Part shown: piece after piece, positions 8,115 to 17,598 of the stretch
How positions within the stretch are numbered: position 1 is the stretch's first letter
Layout of the letters: each line of letters begins with the position of its first letter
DNA from: Akkermansia muciniphila ATCC BAA-835
Lineage (GTDB): Bacteria; Verrucomicrobiota; Verrucomicrobiia; Verrucomicrobiales; Akkermansiaceae
Direction: 5' to 3'
NCBI RefSeq assembly: GCF_000020225.1
Contig: NC_010655.1
Location: 2,280,001-2,312,000, forward strand
Length of the DNA: 32,000 bases
The notes under the pieces: model-generated
What the model saw: only the letters and a program-made list of their open reading frames with translations
Database searches by the model: none
Told to the model about the DNA's origin: nothing
Program-made: the position numbers and the translations under genes

Positions 8115-9485
8115 ATGATCAGTTTTACCAATATCAGCGGGGCCGAGGAAATTGGGGCCAATTGCTATTTGCTTGAGATGGACGGCACCAGGATTGTGCT
8201 TGACAGCGGGATGCACCCCAAGAAGGAGGGGAAGGCGGCCATGCCGGATTTTGATTCCCTGGAACCCAATTCCGTGGAAGCCGTTTTTTTAAGCCATTCC
8301 CACCTGGACCATCTGGGAACGCTGCCTGTGCTTCAGGAGAAACAGCCAGCGGCGGAGGTGTTCATGACGCCCGCCGCGGCAGCCCTGTCTGAAGTGATGC
8401 TGCATAATTCCGTGAATGTGATGAGCGCCAAGAGGCTGGACCTGGGCATTGTGGAGTATCCTTTTTTCACCCATAATGATCTGGACAGATTGAGCGACGC
8501 CTGGCATGCCAAGTCCTGCAATGAAGTGTTTCGCGTGGGCTTCCGCCAGAACGTGCTGGCCACGTTTTACGATGCCGGGCACATCCTGGGGTCTGCCGGC
8601 GTGATGCTGGAGGGTGAGAGCGGCCATACCGTATTTTATACGGGGGACGTGCAGTTTGAAGACCAGAGCATGATTCCCGGGGCTGATTTTCCGGAATCCG
8701 GCGTAGATACGCTGGTTATGGAGTGCACGCGCGGCGGTTTCCAGCGCAGCGCCCACTATTCCCGGCCGGAAGAGATGGTGAGGTTCGGGAAAGCGATTGC
8801 GGAGACGCTGGAACGCGGCGGCGCCGTACTGATTCCGGTATTCGCCATCGGCAAGAGCCAGGAGATGCTGTTCAACATTCACCGTTTCAAGCAGCAGGGG
8901 GTGATTCCCGCCAATACTCCCGTGTACTTCGGCGGGCTGAGCGCGAAAGTTTCCCTGTTGTACGACCGTTTTGCCGGGTTGACGCGCAGGCATGACCATG
9001 AATTCAAGCTGAAGGAGGAGATTCAGACCGTGCCCCTTCCGCGCAAGGGAAAAGCTCCGCTGGTGTGTTCCCCGGGGAATATTTATGTGGTGTCCAGCGG
9101 CATGATGACGGAAAATACGCTTTCCAACGTCATGGCGGAGCAGGTTCTTCCCCAGGAGAAGAATGCTATTTTGTTCGTAGGATATGCGGATCCTGATTCT
9201 CCGGCGGGACTGCTGAAGGCAACTCCTGAAGGGGAACTGGTGAAAATGAGGCCCAACGGGCAGCCGGTGCGCCGCAAGTGCACCGTGGACTGTTTTGATT
9301 TTTCCGGGCATGCCACCCGGGACTCCCTGGTTAATTATGCCGTGAAGCTGAACCCCAGGCAGGTGGTTCTGGTGCACGGGGACCCGGATGCCGTGGAGTG
9401 GATGCACCACACGCTATCCGCCAAAATGCCTGATTCCACCATCGTCGTTCCTGAGCCGGGACGCCGCTACACTTTCGAGCCATGA
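8115..9485 (+). CDS. MBL-fold metallo-hydrolase of the beta-CASP type, a probable RNA-metabolising nuclease (456 aa).
   Basis: HSHLDHLG (HxHxDH) motif. Beta-CASP-like middle region. C-terminal FSGHA....VLVHGD. Start chosen at MISFTNISGAEEIGAN (ATG 8115). Confidence 0.85.
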   Translation: MISFTNISGAEEIGANCYLLEMDGTRIVLDSGMHPKKEGKAAMPDFDSLEPNSVEAVFLSHSHLDHLGTLPVLQEKQPAAEVFMTPAAAALSEVMLHNSVNVMSAKRLDLGIVEYPFFTHNDLDRLSDAWHAKSCNEVFRVGFRQNVLATFYDAGHILGSAGVMLEGESGHTVFYTGDVQFEDQSMIPGADFPESGVDTLVMECTRGGFQRSAHYSRPEEMVRFGKAIAETLERGGAVLIPVFAIGKSQEMLFNIHRFKQQGVIPANTPVYFGGLSAKVSLLYDRFAGLTRRHDHEFKLKEEIQTVPLPRKGKAPLVCSPGNIYVVSSGMMTENTLSNVMAEQVLPQEKNAILFVGYADPDSPAGLLKATPEGELVKMRPNGQPVRRKCTVDCFDFSGHATRDSLVNYAVKLNPRQVVLVHGDPDAVEWMHHTLSAKMPDSTIVVPEPGRRYTFEP

Positions 9486-10102
9486 GTTTTACCGGAGAAA
9501 GAAAGGGGAGGCTGATCGTCTTTGAAGGCATTGACGGCACGGGCAAGTCCACCCACATCGGCCACTTGCGAAAGTATTTGGAGGAGAAGGAGCTGGAAGT
9601 GGTGCAGAGTTTTGAGCCCACACGCGGACGGTGGGGCCGGATGCTCCGGGACTCCGCCGTGACCGGACGCCTTTCCGTAGAGGAGGAAGTAGCCCTGTTC
9701 CTGAAAGACAGGAGGGAACATGTGAAGATGCTGATTGCTCCCGCATTGGCGCGGGGGGCATGGGTTCTGCTGGATCGCTACTATCTTTCCATGATGGCTT
9801 ACCAGGGCGCGCGCGGCATAGATCCGGAGGTTATCCGTGCCGCCAATGAAGAATTTGCCCCGGTGCCGGATGCCGTGGTCTGGCTGGACATTCCCGTTTC
9901 CGTGGCGCTGGAACGCATTGGGAACCGCGGGGAACGCGACGCTTTTGAGACGGAAGCGGGCCTGGCGGCCTGCCGCAGTGTGTTTGCATCCGTCCATGCT
10001 CCCTGGATGCTCCGCATAGACGCGGACGCCGGGAAGGAAGAGGTGGCGGCAAGAGTGCGGAAGGCTCTTTCCATGCGTTTCCCCGATGTCATTGGGGCAT
10101 AG
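9482..10102 (+). CDS. tmk: Thymidylate kinase.
   Basis: P-loop FEGIDGTGKST and DRYYLSMMAYQG motif. ATG at 9482 overlaps the upstream stop (ATGA). Confidence 0.9.
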   Translation: MSFTGERKGRLIVFEGIDGTGKSTHIGHLRKYLEEKELEVVQSFEPTRGRWGRMLRDSAVTGRLSVEEEVALFLKDRREHVKMLIAPALARGAWVLLDRYYLSMMAYQGARGIDPEVIRAANEEFAPVPDAVVWLDIPVSVALERIGNRGERDAFETEAGLAACRSVFASVHAPWMLRIDADAGKEEVAARVRKALSMRFPDVIGA

Positions 10103-10165
10103 GCATCTCCTTTCGGCCATAGGCCGGGGATTTTTCCTTAGCGTTTCATTCCTGGCATTTGGATG

Positions 10166-10837
10166 CTATTCCGCAGGCGCATAAGCCGTTGGATCCGGAA
10201 TTCCGGCTTCCCTGAAGGCTTCCCGGCGTTCCATGCAGGTGGAACAGACGCCGCAGTGGACGGCTCCGCCCTTGTAGCAGGAATAGGTACGGGAAAAGTC
10301 CACGCCCAAATCCTGGCCCATGGCGGCGATGCCGCCCTTGGACATGTGGATGAAAGGGCGCAGGATGCCCAGGCCGGCATAGGTTCCCAAGCGAATGGCT
10401 TCCGTCATGGCGGCCATGAATTCCTCCCGGCAGTCCGGATAGATGCTATGGTCCCCGGAATGGGCCGCAATGACGAGCTGCTGCGCCCCGCAGCTTTCCG
10501 CAACCCCGGCGGCGATTGACAGGAAGATGCCGTTGCGGAAGGGGACGACGGTCTGCTTCATCAGTTCTTCATCATAGGAACCGTCCGGAATATCGTCCGC
10601 GCCGGAGAGGAGGGCTGATTTCAAATGGGAGGAGATGGAGGAAATGTCAATCACGCGGTGTTCTATGCCCAGACTGGCGGCCTGCCAGGCAGCGCATTTC
10701 AGCTCTCGTTCCGCGTGGTTGGAGGCATAGTCAAAGCTGAGGGCCACCCGGACGCGGTGGTTCCGGTGGGCCCAGTGCAGGGCTACGCTGGAGTCCAATC
10801 CCCCGCTGAGCAGTACGGCTGTTTCCATTTTGTCCAT
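10166..10837 (-). CDS. queC: 7-cyano-7-deazaguanine synthase.
   Basis: PP-loop motif LLSGGLDSS. C-terminal Zn-binding cysteines CYKGGAVHCGVCSTCMERREAF. Start taken at MDKMETAV (ATG 10835-10837). Confidence 0.9.
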   Translation of the reverse strand: MDKMETAVLLSGGLDSSVALHWAHRNHRVRVALSFDYASNHAERELKCAAWQAASLGIEHRVIDISSISSHLKSALLSGADDIPDGSYDEELMKQTVVPFRNGIFLSIAAGVAESCGAQQLVIAAHSGDHSIYPDCREEFMAAMTEAIRLGTYAGLGILRPFIHMSKGGIAAMGQDLGVDFSRTYSCYKGGAVHCGVCSTCMERREAFREAGIPDPTAYAPAE

Positions 10838-10845
10838 GGTCTGGA

Positions 10846-11256
10846 TTACAGGGGGCGGTTTTCCGGATTGTGTTCGGCTGTTGCGGTCAGCTGGATGCCG
10901 CCGCGGGGGGAGAAGCGGCCTTCCACCTTCAGCCACCGCGGGGAAATGGCGGCCACCAGATCATCCGTGATGCGGTTGACGATTTGTTCATTAAAAGCCG
11001 GATAGTTGCGGTAGGCGGCCAGGTAGTATTTGAGAGATTTGGTTTCCACGCACTTTTCCGCCGGAACGTAGGTGATCGTCAGGTGACAGGAATCCGGTTG
11101 ACCGGTAACGGGGCAGAGGGAGGAAAATTCATGGGTGTCCAGCGTGATGGTGTAGGGACGCGTGCCGCGGTTAGGGAAGGATTCCAGCCTGGCGTCGTCG
11201 GGATTGGTAAAGAAGGAGCTTTGAGAGCCTAATAGAGTCAGATGGTCGTCGGACAT
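10846..11256 (-). CDS. queF: NADPH-dependent 7-cyano-7-deazaguanine reductase (unimodular type).
   Basis: Catalytic Cys motif EFSSLCPVTGQPD and QueF motif ETKSLKYYL. 136 aa. Confidence 0.9.
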   Translation of the reverse strand: MSDDHLTLLGSQSSFFTNPDDARLESFPNRGTRPYTITLDTHEFSSLCPVTGQPDSCHLTITYVPAEKCVETKSLKYYLAAYRNYPAFNEQIVNRITDDLVAAISPRWLKVEGRFSPRGGIQLTATAEHNPENRPL

Positions 11257-11281
11257 GGTTGTTGTATATGGTAATGGATGT

Positions 11282-13717
11282 TCAGGTCCCCTGGACGGGG
11301 GCTCCGCCGAGGAATTCTTTCACGTACAAGTCCTGTTGAGGGAATGGGATGGAAATGCCGTGTTCGTTGAACGCATTATAGATGTGTTCCCGCACGGAGG
11401 AAAGGCTGGAGGACTTTGTCATGACGGGAACCCAGACCCATACGCCCAGATTGACGGCACTGTCTCCGAAACTGTCCAGCACCACGCTGGTTTTCTTGAC
11501 TTTGGAAAGGAAGGGCAGGGTTGCCAGCGTTTCCAGAATGATTTTGCGCGCCCTTTCCACGTCCGTCCCGTAGGAAATGCCCACTTCCACCTTCACGCAT
11601 TCGAATTTGTGGTTGCGGGTCATGTTGCGGAAGTTCTTGTTGAAAAGCTGGGAGTTCTGGAAGGCGATGATAGAGCCGTCCAGCGTCTCGATCATGGTGG
11701 AGCGGTAGCCCAGGGAGGAGACGCGGCCCCGGTAGCCGTCGCATTCAATCATGTCGCCCTGGCGCAGGCGACCCAGCATTAGGGAGAGGCCGCTGATGAT
11801 GTTTTCAATGGTATCTTTCAGGGCGAAGCCGATGCCCATGCTCAAGCCTCCCATGACCATCAGCAGCCCGTTGTAGTTGGCGTTCATGATGATAAGCGCC
11901 GTAAAAACGAAGAGCCCCCAGAGAAAAAGGGTGGAGAGTGTCACGAAGGTGGGGATGGTGCCTACTTCATAATCTTCTCCATAGATTTCATGCAGCGTAT
12001 TTTTCCCCAAGAATATCAAGTAGTTGAGAACAATGGCCATCAGGATGACCGTGATGACGCTGCTCCAGCTGAAAGTGAGCAGATCCTTGATTTCCGTGGT
12101 TGCGAAAATTTTATTAATGATGAGGTCCCCCATGTCGAAGGTGGCGGCGGGCCAGATGATGCTGAACAGGATGAGGAAAATGGTCAGGCAGGGAAGCAGC
12201 AGCTTGGAGATGAAGGGGCGGAACCACAGGATGGCCCTCTTGTTCCGTTCCTTCCGGCGGTTTTCATAATGGTGGAGCAGATCCCACAGCCCCACCAGCA
12301 GAAGGATGCTGGTCATCAGCATGATCCAGGTCATCAGCACCAGGAAGGCCATGAAGCTGAATCCAGTCCAGCACAGGACGCTGCCCAGGATGGTGAATAC
12401 CAGAGATACGGTGGAGAAAAAACGGTCCAGCCGGGGCAGCTTGTGCCTCTGCCGCACCCAGGTCAGCAGGGAGAAGAGGGAAACCAGCGTGAACAGGATG
12501 GGCATGGAAATGTCCACGATGATGTTGGGGGCCATGAACATGCGCAGAAGCATGAAGAATCCGCCCAGAAGCAGATAGGGCATGTAGATGCGGATGCCGG
12601 AGTTAATGGTGCCATACGGAAGGCGCGTGACCAGGGAGAACAGGATGGCGCTGACCAGAAGAAGGAATTCCGCGCCCAGGGAGGCCGCGCTCTCCAGCAG
12701 GTAGTTCGGCGTGCGCAGTGAGGCAATGACGAGGATCAGCGCCACGATAAGAATGGTGGTGACGTTGGCGAAAGCATGGCGTTTGTTGTAATGCCCCGTC
12801 TTTTTCAATGTATTTCGGAATCCCAGGAAGATGATGATGCGGGAGAGGCAGTAGGAGCACAGGATGATTCCCAGCAGGATAAGTCCGTAATGCTTGAGCG
12901 TTTCCGGGTCTGACGGAAGCTGGAGCTTGCTGTCCGCGGATGTTTCCCATGCCCCCATGCACGTTTCATACGTCTTGTGCGGTTTGAGAAAGATGTACCG
13001 GGCCGCGTGGGACGGCGTGTAGAAGACCCTGTTAAACAGGGCGGTGAACAGTTTGGCGCTTTCATTGTTGAGCGCGTCTATTTTGCCGTTCAGGCTGCTG
13101 AAAAGTTCCTTGAGGTAGCTGATTTGCTCCTTTTCACTTTGGAGGGATTCTTCCAGCTCCTGGCAGGCATACAGGGCTTCGTCCCGCTGAACCAGGGAGG
13201 CTTGCGACAGGGTGTCCGTATTTACTTCCTCCAGGGATGCCGCCAGCTTTTTAATGCGTTCTATTTCCTTGTCCAGCCGTTCCTCCTGCCCCTGAAAATC
13301 CGGTTTTTGGGCGTAATACGTCTTCACCAGGCTGGAAGCGGCCTTACAGTAAAAAGCCAGCGTAAATATTTTTTGGTCGTCCAGCGCGTAAAGCACGGCG
13401 GACATTTCATACACCCTAGTATCAAAATAATTATAGGTAGCATCCGCTTCCCTCACCAGCGTTTTCCGGATGGCCATCCTTTTTTCCTCATTCTTTTTCA
13501 GAATGGTGATTTCATGGCACAGAGCCATGATTACGGTATCCATTTCCGATTGGTCCGGCTGCTCCTGAGGCTGTTCCGCCTTGGCTTCCTCCGCCTGTTC
13601 CGGGGCGGCGGCAGGCGGAGCCTCCTGCTGTGCAGATGCAGAACCTGCGGCCAGAACCCCCGCCAGGAAAAAGGCGGCGCAGCGGCGGAAAAAGATCCGG
13701 TAATCAGGGATGCTCAT
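11282..13717 (-). CDS. Large mechanosensitive ion channel of the MscS family (MscK/KefA-like). It has a signal peptide and a coiled-coil periplasmic domain.
   Basis: 811 aa. N-terminal signal-like helix, Glu/Gln-rich coiled region, about 11 TM helices. C-terminal MscS core: GLSLMLGRLRQGDMIECDGYRGRVSSLGYRSTMIETLDGSIIAFQNSQLF. Confidence 0.85.
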   Translation of the reverse strand: MSIPDYRIFFRRCAAFFLAGVLAAGSASAQQEAPPAAAPEQAEEAKAEQPQEQPDQSEMDTVIMALCHEITILKKNEEKRMAIRKTLVREADATYNYFDTRVYEMSAVLYALDDQKIFTLAFYCKAASSLVKTYYAQKPDFQGQEERLDKEIERIKKLAASLEEVNTDTLSQASLVQRDEALYACQELEESLQSEKEQISYLKELFSSLNGKIDALNNESAKLFTALFNRVFYTPSHAARYIFLKPHKTYETCMGAWETSADSKLQLPSDPETLKHYGLILLGIILCSYCLSRIIIFLGFRNTLKKTGHYNKRHAFANVTTILIVALILVIASLRTPNYLLESAASLGAEFLLLVSAILFSLVTRLPYGTINSGIRIYMPYLLLGGFFMLLRMFMAPNIIVDISMPILFTLVSLFSLLTWVRQRHKLPRLDRFFSTVSLVFTILGSVLCWTGFSFMAFLVLMTWIMLMTSILLLVGLWDLLHHYENRRKERNKRAILWFRPFISKLLLPCLTIFLILFSIIWPAATFDMGDLIINKIFATTEIKDLLTFSWSSVITVILMAIVLNYLIFLGKNTLHEIYGEDYEVGTIPTFVTLSTLFLWGLFVFTALIIMNANYNGLLMVMGGLSMGIGFALKDTIENIISGLSLMLGRLRQGDMIECDGYRGRVSSLGYRSTMIETLDGSIIAFQNSQLFNKNFRNMTRNHKFECVKVEVGISYGTDVERARKIILETLATLPFLSKVKKTSVVLDSFGDSAVNLGVWVWVPVMTKSSSLSSVREHIYNAFNEHGISIPFPQQDLYVKEFLGGAPVQGT

Positions 13718-13835
13718 GAATGGTCCCTGTTCTAGGGGCTGCAGGCATTACGGTCAAGGTTATATATTCTCCTGCTGACGGAGGGTGAGCTTCACAGAAA
13801 AAAACTTTTTTCAACGTGAACCGTATGGAAAGGAC

Positions 13836-13918
13836 AGGGCATCTTCCGGCATCATTTCCCGAATCCCCGGAAGATGCCCTTCCGTAAACAGGAACCGCAC
13901 CGGAGAATTTCCGGTGCG
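13836..13918 (-). terminator. Two stem-loops just downstream of the gltX stop. They may be terminator or stabiliser structures.
   Basis: Perfect 14-bp inverted repeat AGGGCATCTTCCGG (13836-13849) / CCGGAAGATGCCCT (13867-13880). 9-bp stem CGCACCGGA (13896-13904) / TCCGGTGCG (13910-13918). The U-tract on the minus strand is weak. Confidence 0.3.
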
Positions 13919-13946
13919 TTTGAAAAGATGAATACTCCGGCGGGAA

Positions 13947-15248
13947 TCAGTCCAGAGAAAAGGAACGGATTCTCCTTACGGTTTCCTCCCGGCCCAGCAG
14001 GGAAAAGACGGAGGAAAGGTCCGGGCCGCCGCTTAACCCGGTGAGGGCCACCCGGGCCGGGAACATCACGGCTCCCATTTTTACGCCGTTTTCCTTGGCA
14101 AAGGCTTTCAGCACGCCAATGAGTTCATGTCCATCCCATTCCGGTTCCTGTTCCAGCCTGTCCGCCAGTTTGAAAAGCAGTTCCAGGGCTTCCGGCTGAA
14201 CTTTGGAGACGGCTTCCGGATCCATGCCCAGGTCAAAAAAGAAACGGATTTTATCCGGGACTTCCGCCAGAGTCTGCACCTTCGTTTGCACGGTGGCGAT
14301 GGCGGCGTCCAGAATCGGGGAATCCGGCAGGCCGGCTTTCAAACAGAAGGGGCGTGCCCGGAGGGCGAATTCTTCCGCAGGCAGGGCGATGATGTGCTGC
14401 TGGTTGACCCAGCGGCATTTGGTGATATCGAATTTGGCGGCGGAGTGGTTCACGGCTTCCAGAGAGAAGCGTCCGATCAGCTCCTGAGGGGAGAAAATTT
14501 CCGTATCGTCCTTGGGAGACCAGCCCAGCAGGGCCAGAAAGTTCATGACGCCTTCCGGCAGAAAGCCTTCTTCCGGGTAGGTTCCCAGGGCAGCGCCCAC
14601 GTCGCGCTTGGACATTTTGGAGCCGTCCTGGTTCAAAATCAGCGGCATGTGGGCGAAAACAGGGGGAGTGACGCCGAAAGCCTCAAACAGCTGGATGTGC
14701 TTGGGCGTGTTCATGATGTGGTCTTCCCCGCGAATGACATGGGTCATCTTCATCTCAATATCGTCCACCACGTTGACAAAGTGGAAGATGTAGGAACCGT
14801 CCGCGCGGCGGATAGCCATGTCCGGGGTGTTGGAGGCGTCCCGGTAGTCGATGGTGATGTTTCCGCAAATCAGGTCATGGAAGGTGACGGGTTTGGAGCG
14901 GTCAAAGCGGAAACGCCAGGCTCCTTCATCCTCGTACACGCGGCCGGCGTCCTGGAGCTTCTTGAAATAGGCGTCGTAAATATCGTTGCGCTGGCTTTGG
15001 AAATAGGGACCGCAATCGCCGCCCTTCATGGGCCCCTCATCCCAGTCCAGCCCCAGCCATTCCATGCCGGTGAAGATTGCGCGGGTAGCCTCCTCCGTGT
15101 TGCGGGCGTTATCCGTATCTTCAATGCGGAGGATGAAGGTTCCCCCCATCTTGCGGGCAAACAGCCAGTTGAACAGGGCGGTGCGGGCGCCCCCGATGTG
15201 AAGGTAGCCCGTGGGGGAAGGTGCAAATCTTGTTCTGACGAGACTCAT
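13947..15248 (-). CDS. gltX: Glutamate--tRNA ligase (433 aa).
   Basis: HIGH motif (PSPTGYLHIGGARTALFNW) and KMSKS motif (GSKMSKRD). Start taken at MSLVRTRFAPSP (ATG 15246-15248). Confidence 0.93.
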   Translation of the reverse strand: MSLVRTRFAPSPTGYLHIGGARTALFNWLFARKMGGTFILRIEDTDNARNTEEATRAIFTGMEWLGLDWDEGPMKGGDCGPYFQSQRNDIYDAYFKKLQDAGRVYEDEGAWRFRFDRSKPVTFHDLICGNITIDYRDASNTPDMAIRRADGSYIFHFVNVVDDIEMKMTHVIRGEDHIMNTPKHIQLFEAFGVTPPVFAHMPLILNQDGSKMSKRDVGAALGTYPEEGFLPEGVMNFLALLGWSPKDDTEIFSPQELIGRFSLEAVNHSAAKFDITKCRWVNQQHIIALPAEEFALRARPFCLKAGLPDSPILDAAIATVQTKVQTLAEVPDKIRFFFDLGMDPEAVSKVQPEALELLFKLADRLEQEPEWDGHELIGVLKAFAKENGVKMGAVMFPARVALTGLSGGPDLSSVFSLLGREETVRRIRSFSLD

Positions 15249-15399
15249 GATGGGTAAGAGAGTAAGGGCCTGTCTGCCCGCGTCAAGCAGATACAGGGGG
15301 TGCATGCCAAAAAACGGGGATGCGGAAGCAGTGGATTTTTTAGGACGTTGTCGGCCTTGCGGCTTGCGTGGAGAGGGCTTTTAGGCTTCATTTAACGCC

Positions 15400-16548
15400 G
15401 TGTTCTTTTTAAAACACATATTCCGTCTGCGGGAGAAGTGGCAGATTAAAAGGGAAGATGAGGAAAAGCCCTTTCTGGAGCATCTGGACGACCTGCGGAC
15501 CATGCTGCTGAGGATGGCTCTGTGCCTGACCGTCAGCACAATTCTGTGCGCCGGGTTTGCGTCCAATCTGATGGACATCCTGAGGCGTCCCGTCAACCAG
15601 GTGTGGGATATGTTTGAAGAATCCCATCTTCCGGCAGGGATTGGTCTGGATGCCTGGAGTAAGGCCAAGGAAATGGCAACGGCCATGACGAGCCTGGGAG
15701 CTTCCCAGCGGGCATTGTTTCTCCGCCAGGTTTCCCCGTCCCAGGCAGATTTGACGGAGGCTGCCCTGGTTCTTCGCGGCGCGCAGCCGCTGCCGGAGGA
15801 CAGGAAGCAGGTTTTCATCAGGGAAGGCAGCCCCTCCACGGCCGTGAGGGATCTGGCGGAAGCCCTGTATTCCAAAGGAGCCGTGCTGGCAGACGGAACG
15901 GGGCGGGGGGCCCTCAAGATGATGAGCGCGTTCCAGCCCGGGGAGGCGTTTATGCTGACCATCAAGCTTTCCCTGTATGCCGGAGTGGTCATTTCCTTCC
16001 CGCTTCTGTTGTACTTCCTGCTGCAATTCATCATTCCGGGGCTGCTGGAACATGAACGCAAGCTGCTGTACAAGTGCATGGCTGTCGGCTTCGGTCTCTT
16101 CCTGGCCGGGACGCTGTTTTGTTACTTCATCGTCCTCCCGCGGGTATTGACGTTTTTTTACACCTATTCCCTGGAATTCGGCATCTCCAATGAATGGCGC
16201 ATCGGCTATTACCTGTCCTTCGCCACGCAGATGATTTTAATGTTCGGACTGGCTTTTGAATTGCCTGTGGTAGTGATGCCCTTCGTCAAGCTGGGGGTGC
16301 TGACCTATGACATGATGAAGTCCACGAGACGCTATGCCATTGTGGCTATCGCCGTCCTGGCCGCGGTTATCACCCCTACGCCGGATGTAGCTACCATGAT
16401 GCTGATGGCCGTTCCCATGTATGCGCTGTATGAAATATGCATCATTCTGGCCTGGATGCATGAACGCAAGGAGGCCGCGCGCACCCGGGAAGAAATCGCC
16501 CGGTTTGAAGAAGATTTCAACAACAACAATTCTCCCTACAACCAGTAA
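15400..16548 (+). CDS. tatC: Twin-arginine translocase subunit TatC, unusually long at 382 aa.
   Basis: Motifs FLEHLDDLR, FQPGEAFMLTIKLS, ALYEHERK-like (GLLEHERKLL) and TPTPDVATMMLMAVPMYALYE. Only a GTG at 15400 is available upstream of the conserved N-terminal motif. Confidence 0.85.
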   Translation: MFFLKHIFRLREKWQIKREDEEKPFLEHLDDLRTMLLRMALCLTVSTILCAGFASNLMDILRRPVNQVWDMFEESHLPAGIGLDAWSKAKEMATAMTSLGASQRALFLRQVSPSQADLTEAALVLRGAQPLPEDRKQVFIREGSPSTAVRDLAEALYSKGAVLADGTGRGALKMMSAFQPGEAFMLTIKLSLYAGVVISFPLLLYFLLQFIIPGLLEHERKLLYKCMAVGFGLFLAGTLFCYFIVLPRVLTFFYTYSLEFGISNEWRIGYYLSFATQMILMFGLAFELPVVVMPFVKLGVLTYDMMKSTRRYAIVAIAVLAAVITPTPDVATMMLMAVPMYALYEICIILAWMHERKEAARTREEIARFEEDFNNNNSPYNQ

Positions 16549-16572
16549 ATACATCCAACCCACGCCAATATC

Positions 16573-17409
16573 ATGAACATTCTGGAAATTATTATCCTGG
16601 GCATTGTGGAAGGCCTGACCGAATATTTGCCGGTCAGCTCCACGGGCCACCTGCTCCTGACGGAATCCCTGCTGAACATGTCCCAGAGCAAGGAAGCTCT
16701 GGATGCCCTGGCCGTCTGCATCCAGGGGGGAGCCATCCTGGCGGTGCTGAGCCTGTATTTTCCGCGGGTAAAGGCCATGGCGCAGGGCATGCGCGGCAAT
16801 AACCCCGCCGGGCTGAAACTGCTGGTCAACCTCATTCTGGCCTTCCTTCCCGCCGCCGTGGTGGGCCTGTGCTGCGCTTCACTGATTAAGGAATATCTGT
16901 TCAACACATATACGGTGGCTTATTCATGGATCGTAGGGGGAGGCGTTATTCTGGCGTATTGCGCCTGGCGCGCCAGGGAGGGCCGTTCCAATGAAGGGGA
17001 CTCCGGCGCCTCCATTGAAAGCCTGACGCCAGCCAAGGCGCTGACGGTGGGCGCACTCCAGTGCGTGGCCATGATCCCCGGCACCAGCCGGAGCCTGATG
17101 ACCATGCTGGGAGGCATGTTTGTGGGGTTAAGCGTGGAAGCGGCCGTGGAGTTCAGCTTTTTGCTGGGATTGATTACCCTGGGCGCGGCCACGGTCCATG
17201 ATGCGTATAAGGACGGAGCTCTGATGCTGGAATCCTTCGGGTGGGAAGCACTTGCCGTGGGGACGGCGGTCAGCTGGCTTTCCGCATGGCTGGCTGTAAA
17301 ATGGATGGTATCCTATCTGCAAAGGCACAGTTTTTCCGTATTCGGATGGTACCGCATCGCCATTGGTATCGTGACGCTGGTTCTCCTGTCCATGGGGCTG
17401 GTGCATTGA
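16573..17409 (+). CDS. uppP: Undecaprenyl-diphosphate phosphatase (BacA/UppP).
   Basis: Motifs GIVEGLTEYLPVSSTGHL and PGTSRS. 278 aa, about 8 TM helices. Confidence 0.92.
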   Translation: MNILEIIILGIVEGLTEYLPVSSTGHLLLTESLLNMSQSKEALDALAVCIQGGAILAVLSLYFPRVKAMAQGMRGNNPAGLKLLVNLILAFLPAAVVGLCCASLIKEYLFNTYTVAYSWIVGGGVILAYCAWRAREGRSNEGDSGASIESLTPAKALTVGALQCVAMIPGTSRSLMTMLGGMFVGLSVEAAVEFSFLLGLITLGAATVHDAYKDGALMLESFGWEALAVGTAVSWLSAWLAVKWMVSYLQRHSFSVFGWYRIAIGIVTLVLLSMGLVH

Positions 17410-17468
17410 AAAACGGATTCCGGCATTCAAGCACCGGAAAACGTTTTTCTCCGGCGAGGCGGTTCTCT

Positions 17469-17490
17469 CCCGCAGCGGAAAGCGGGTTTT
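17469..17490 (+). terminator. Candidate intrinsic terminator after uppP.
   Basis: Stem CCCGC (17469-17473) / GCGGG (17482-17486), followed by TTTT. Confidence 0.35.
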
Positions 17491-17598
17491 GAACAATCCC
17501 GGAGAAGGATGGCCGCTGCCTGGACGAAGCCATGATACAGGGCCGTTTTGCATCCCCGGAACAGAACAGCCCTGCGATGAATAGCGGTTCAGGAAAAC

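Noticed and set aside
11257-11281. I looked for a preQ1 riboswitch upstream of queF-queC.
   Set aside because: Only 25 nt separate queF from the upstream channel gene, with no room for the aptamer and no recognisable preQ1-I motif. queF-queC appear simply co-oriented with the MscK-like gene.
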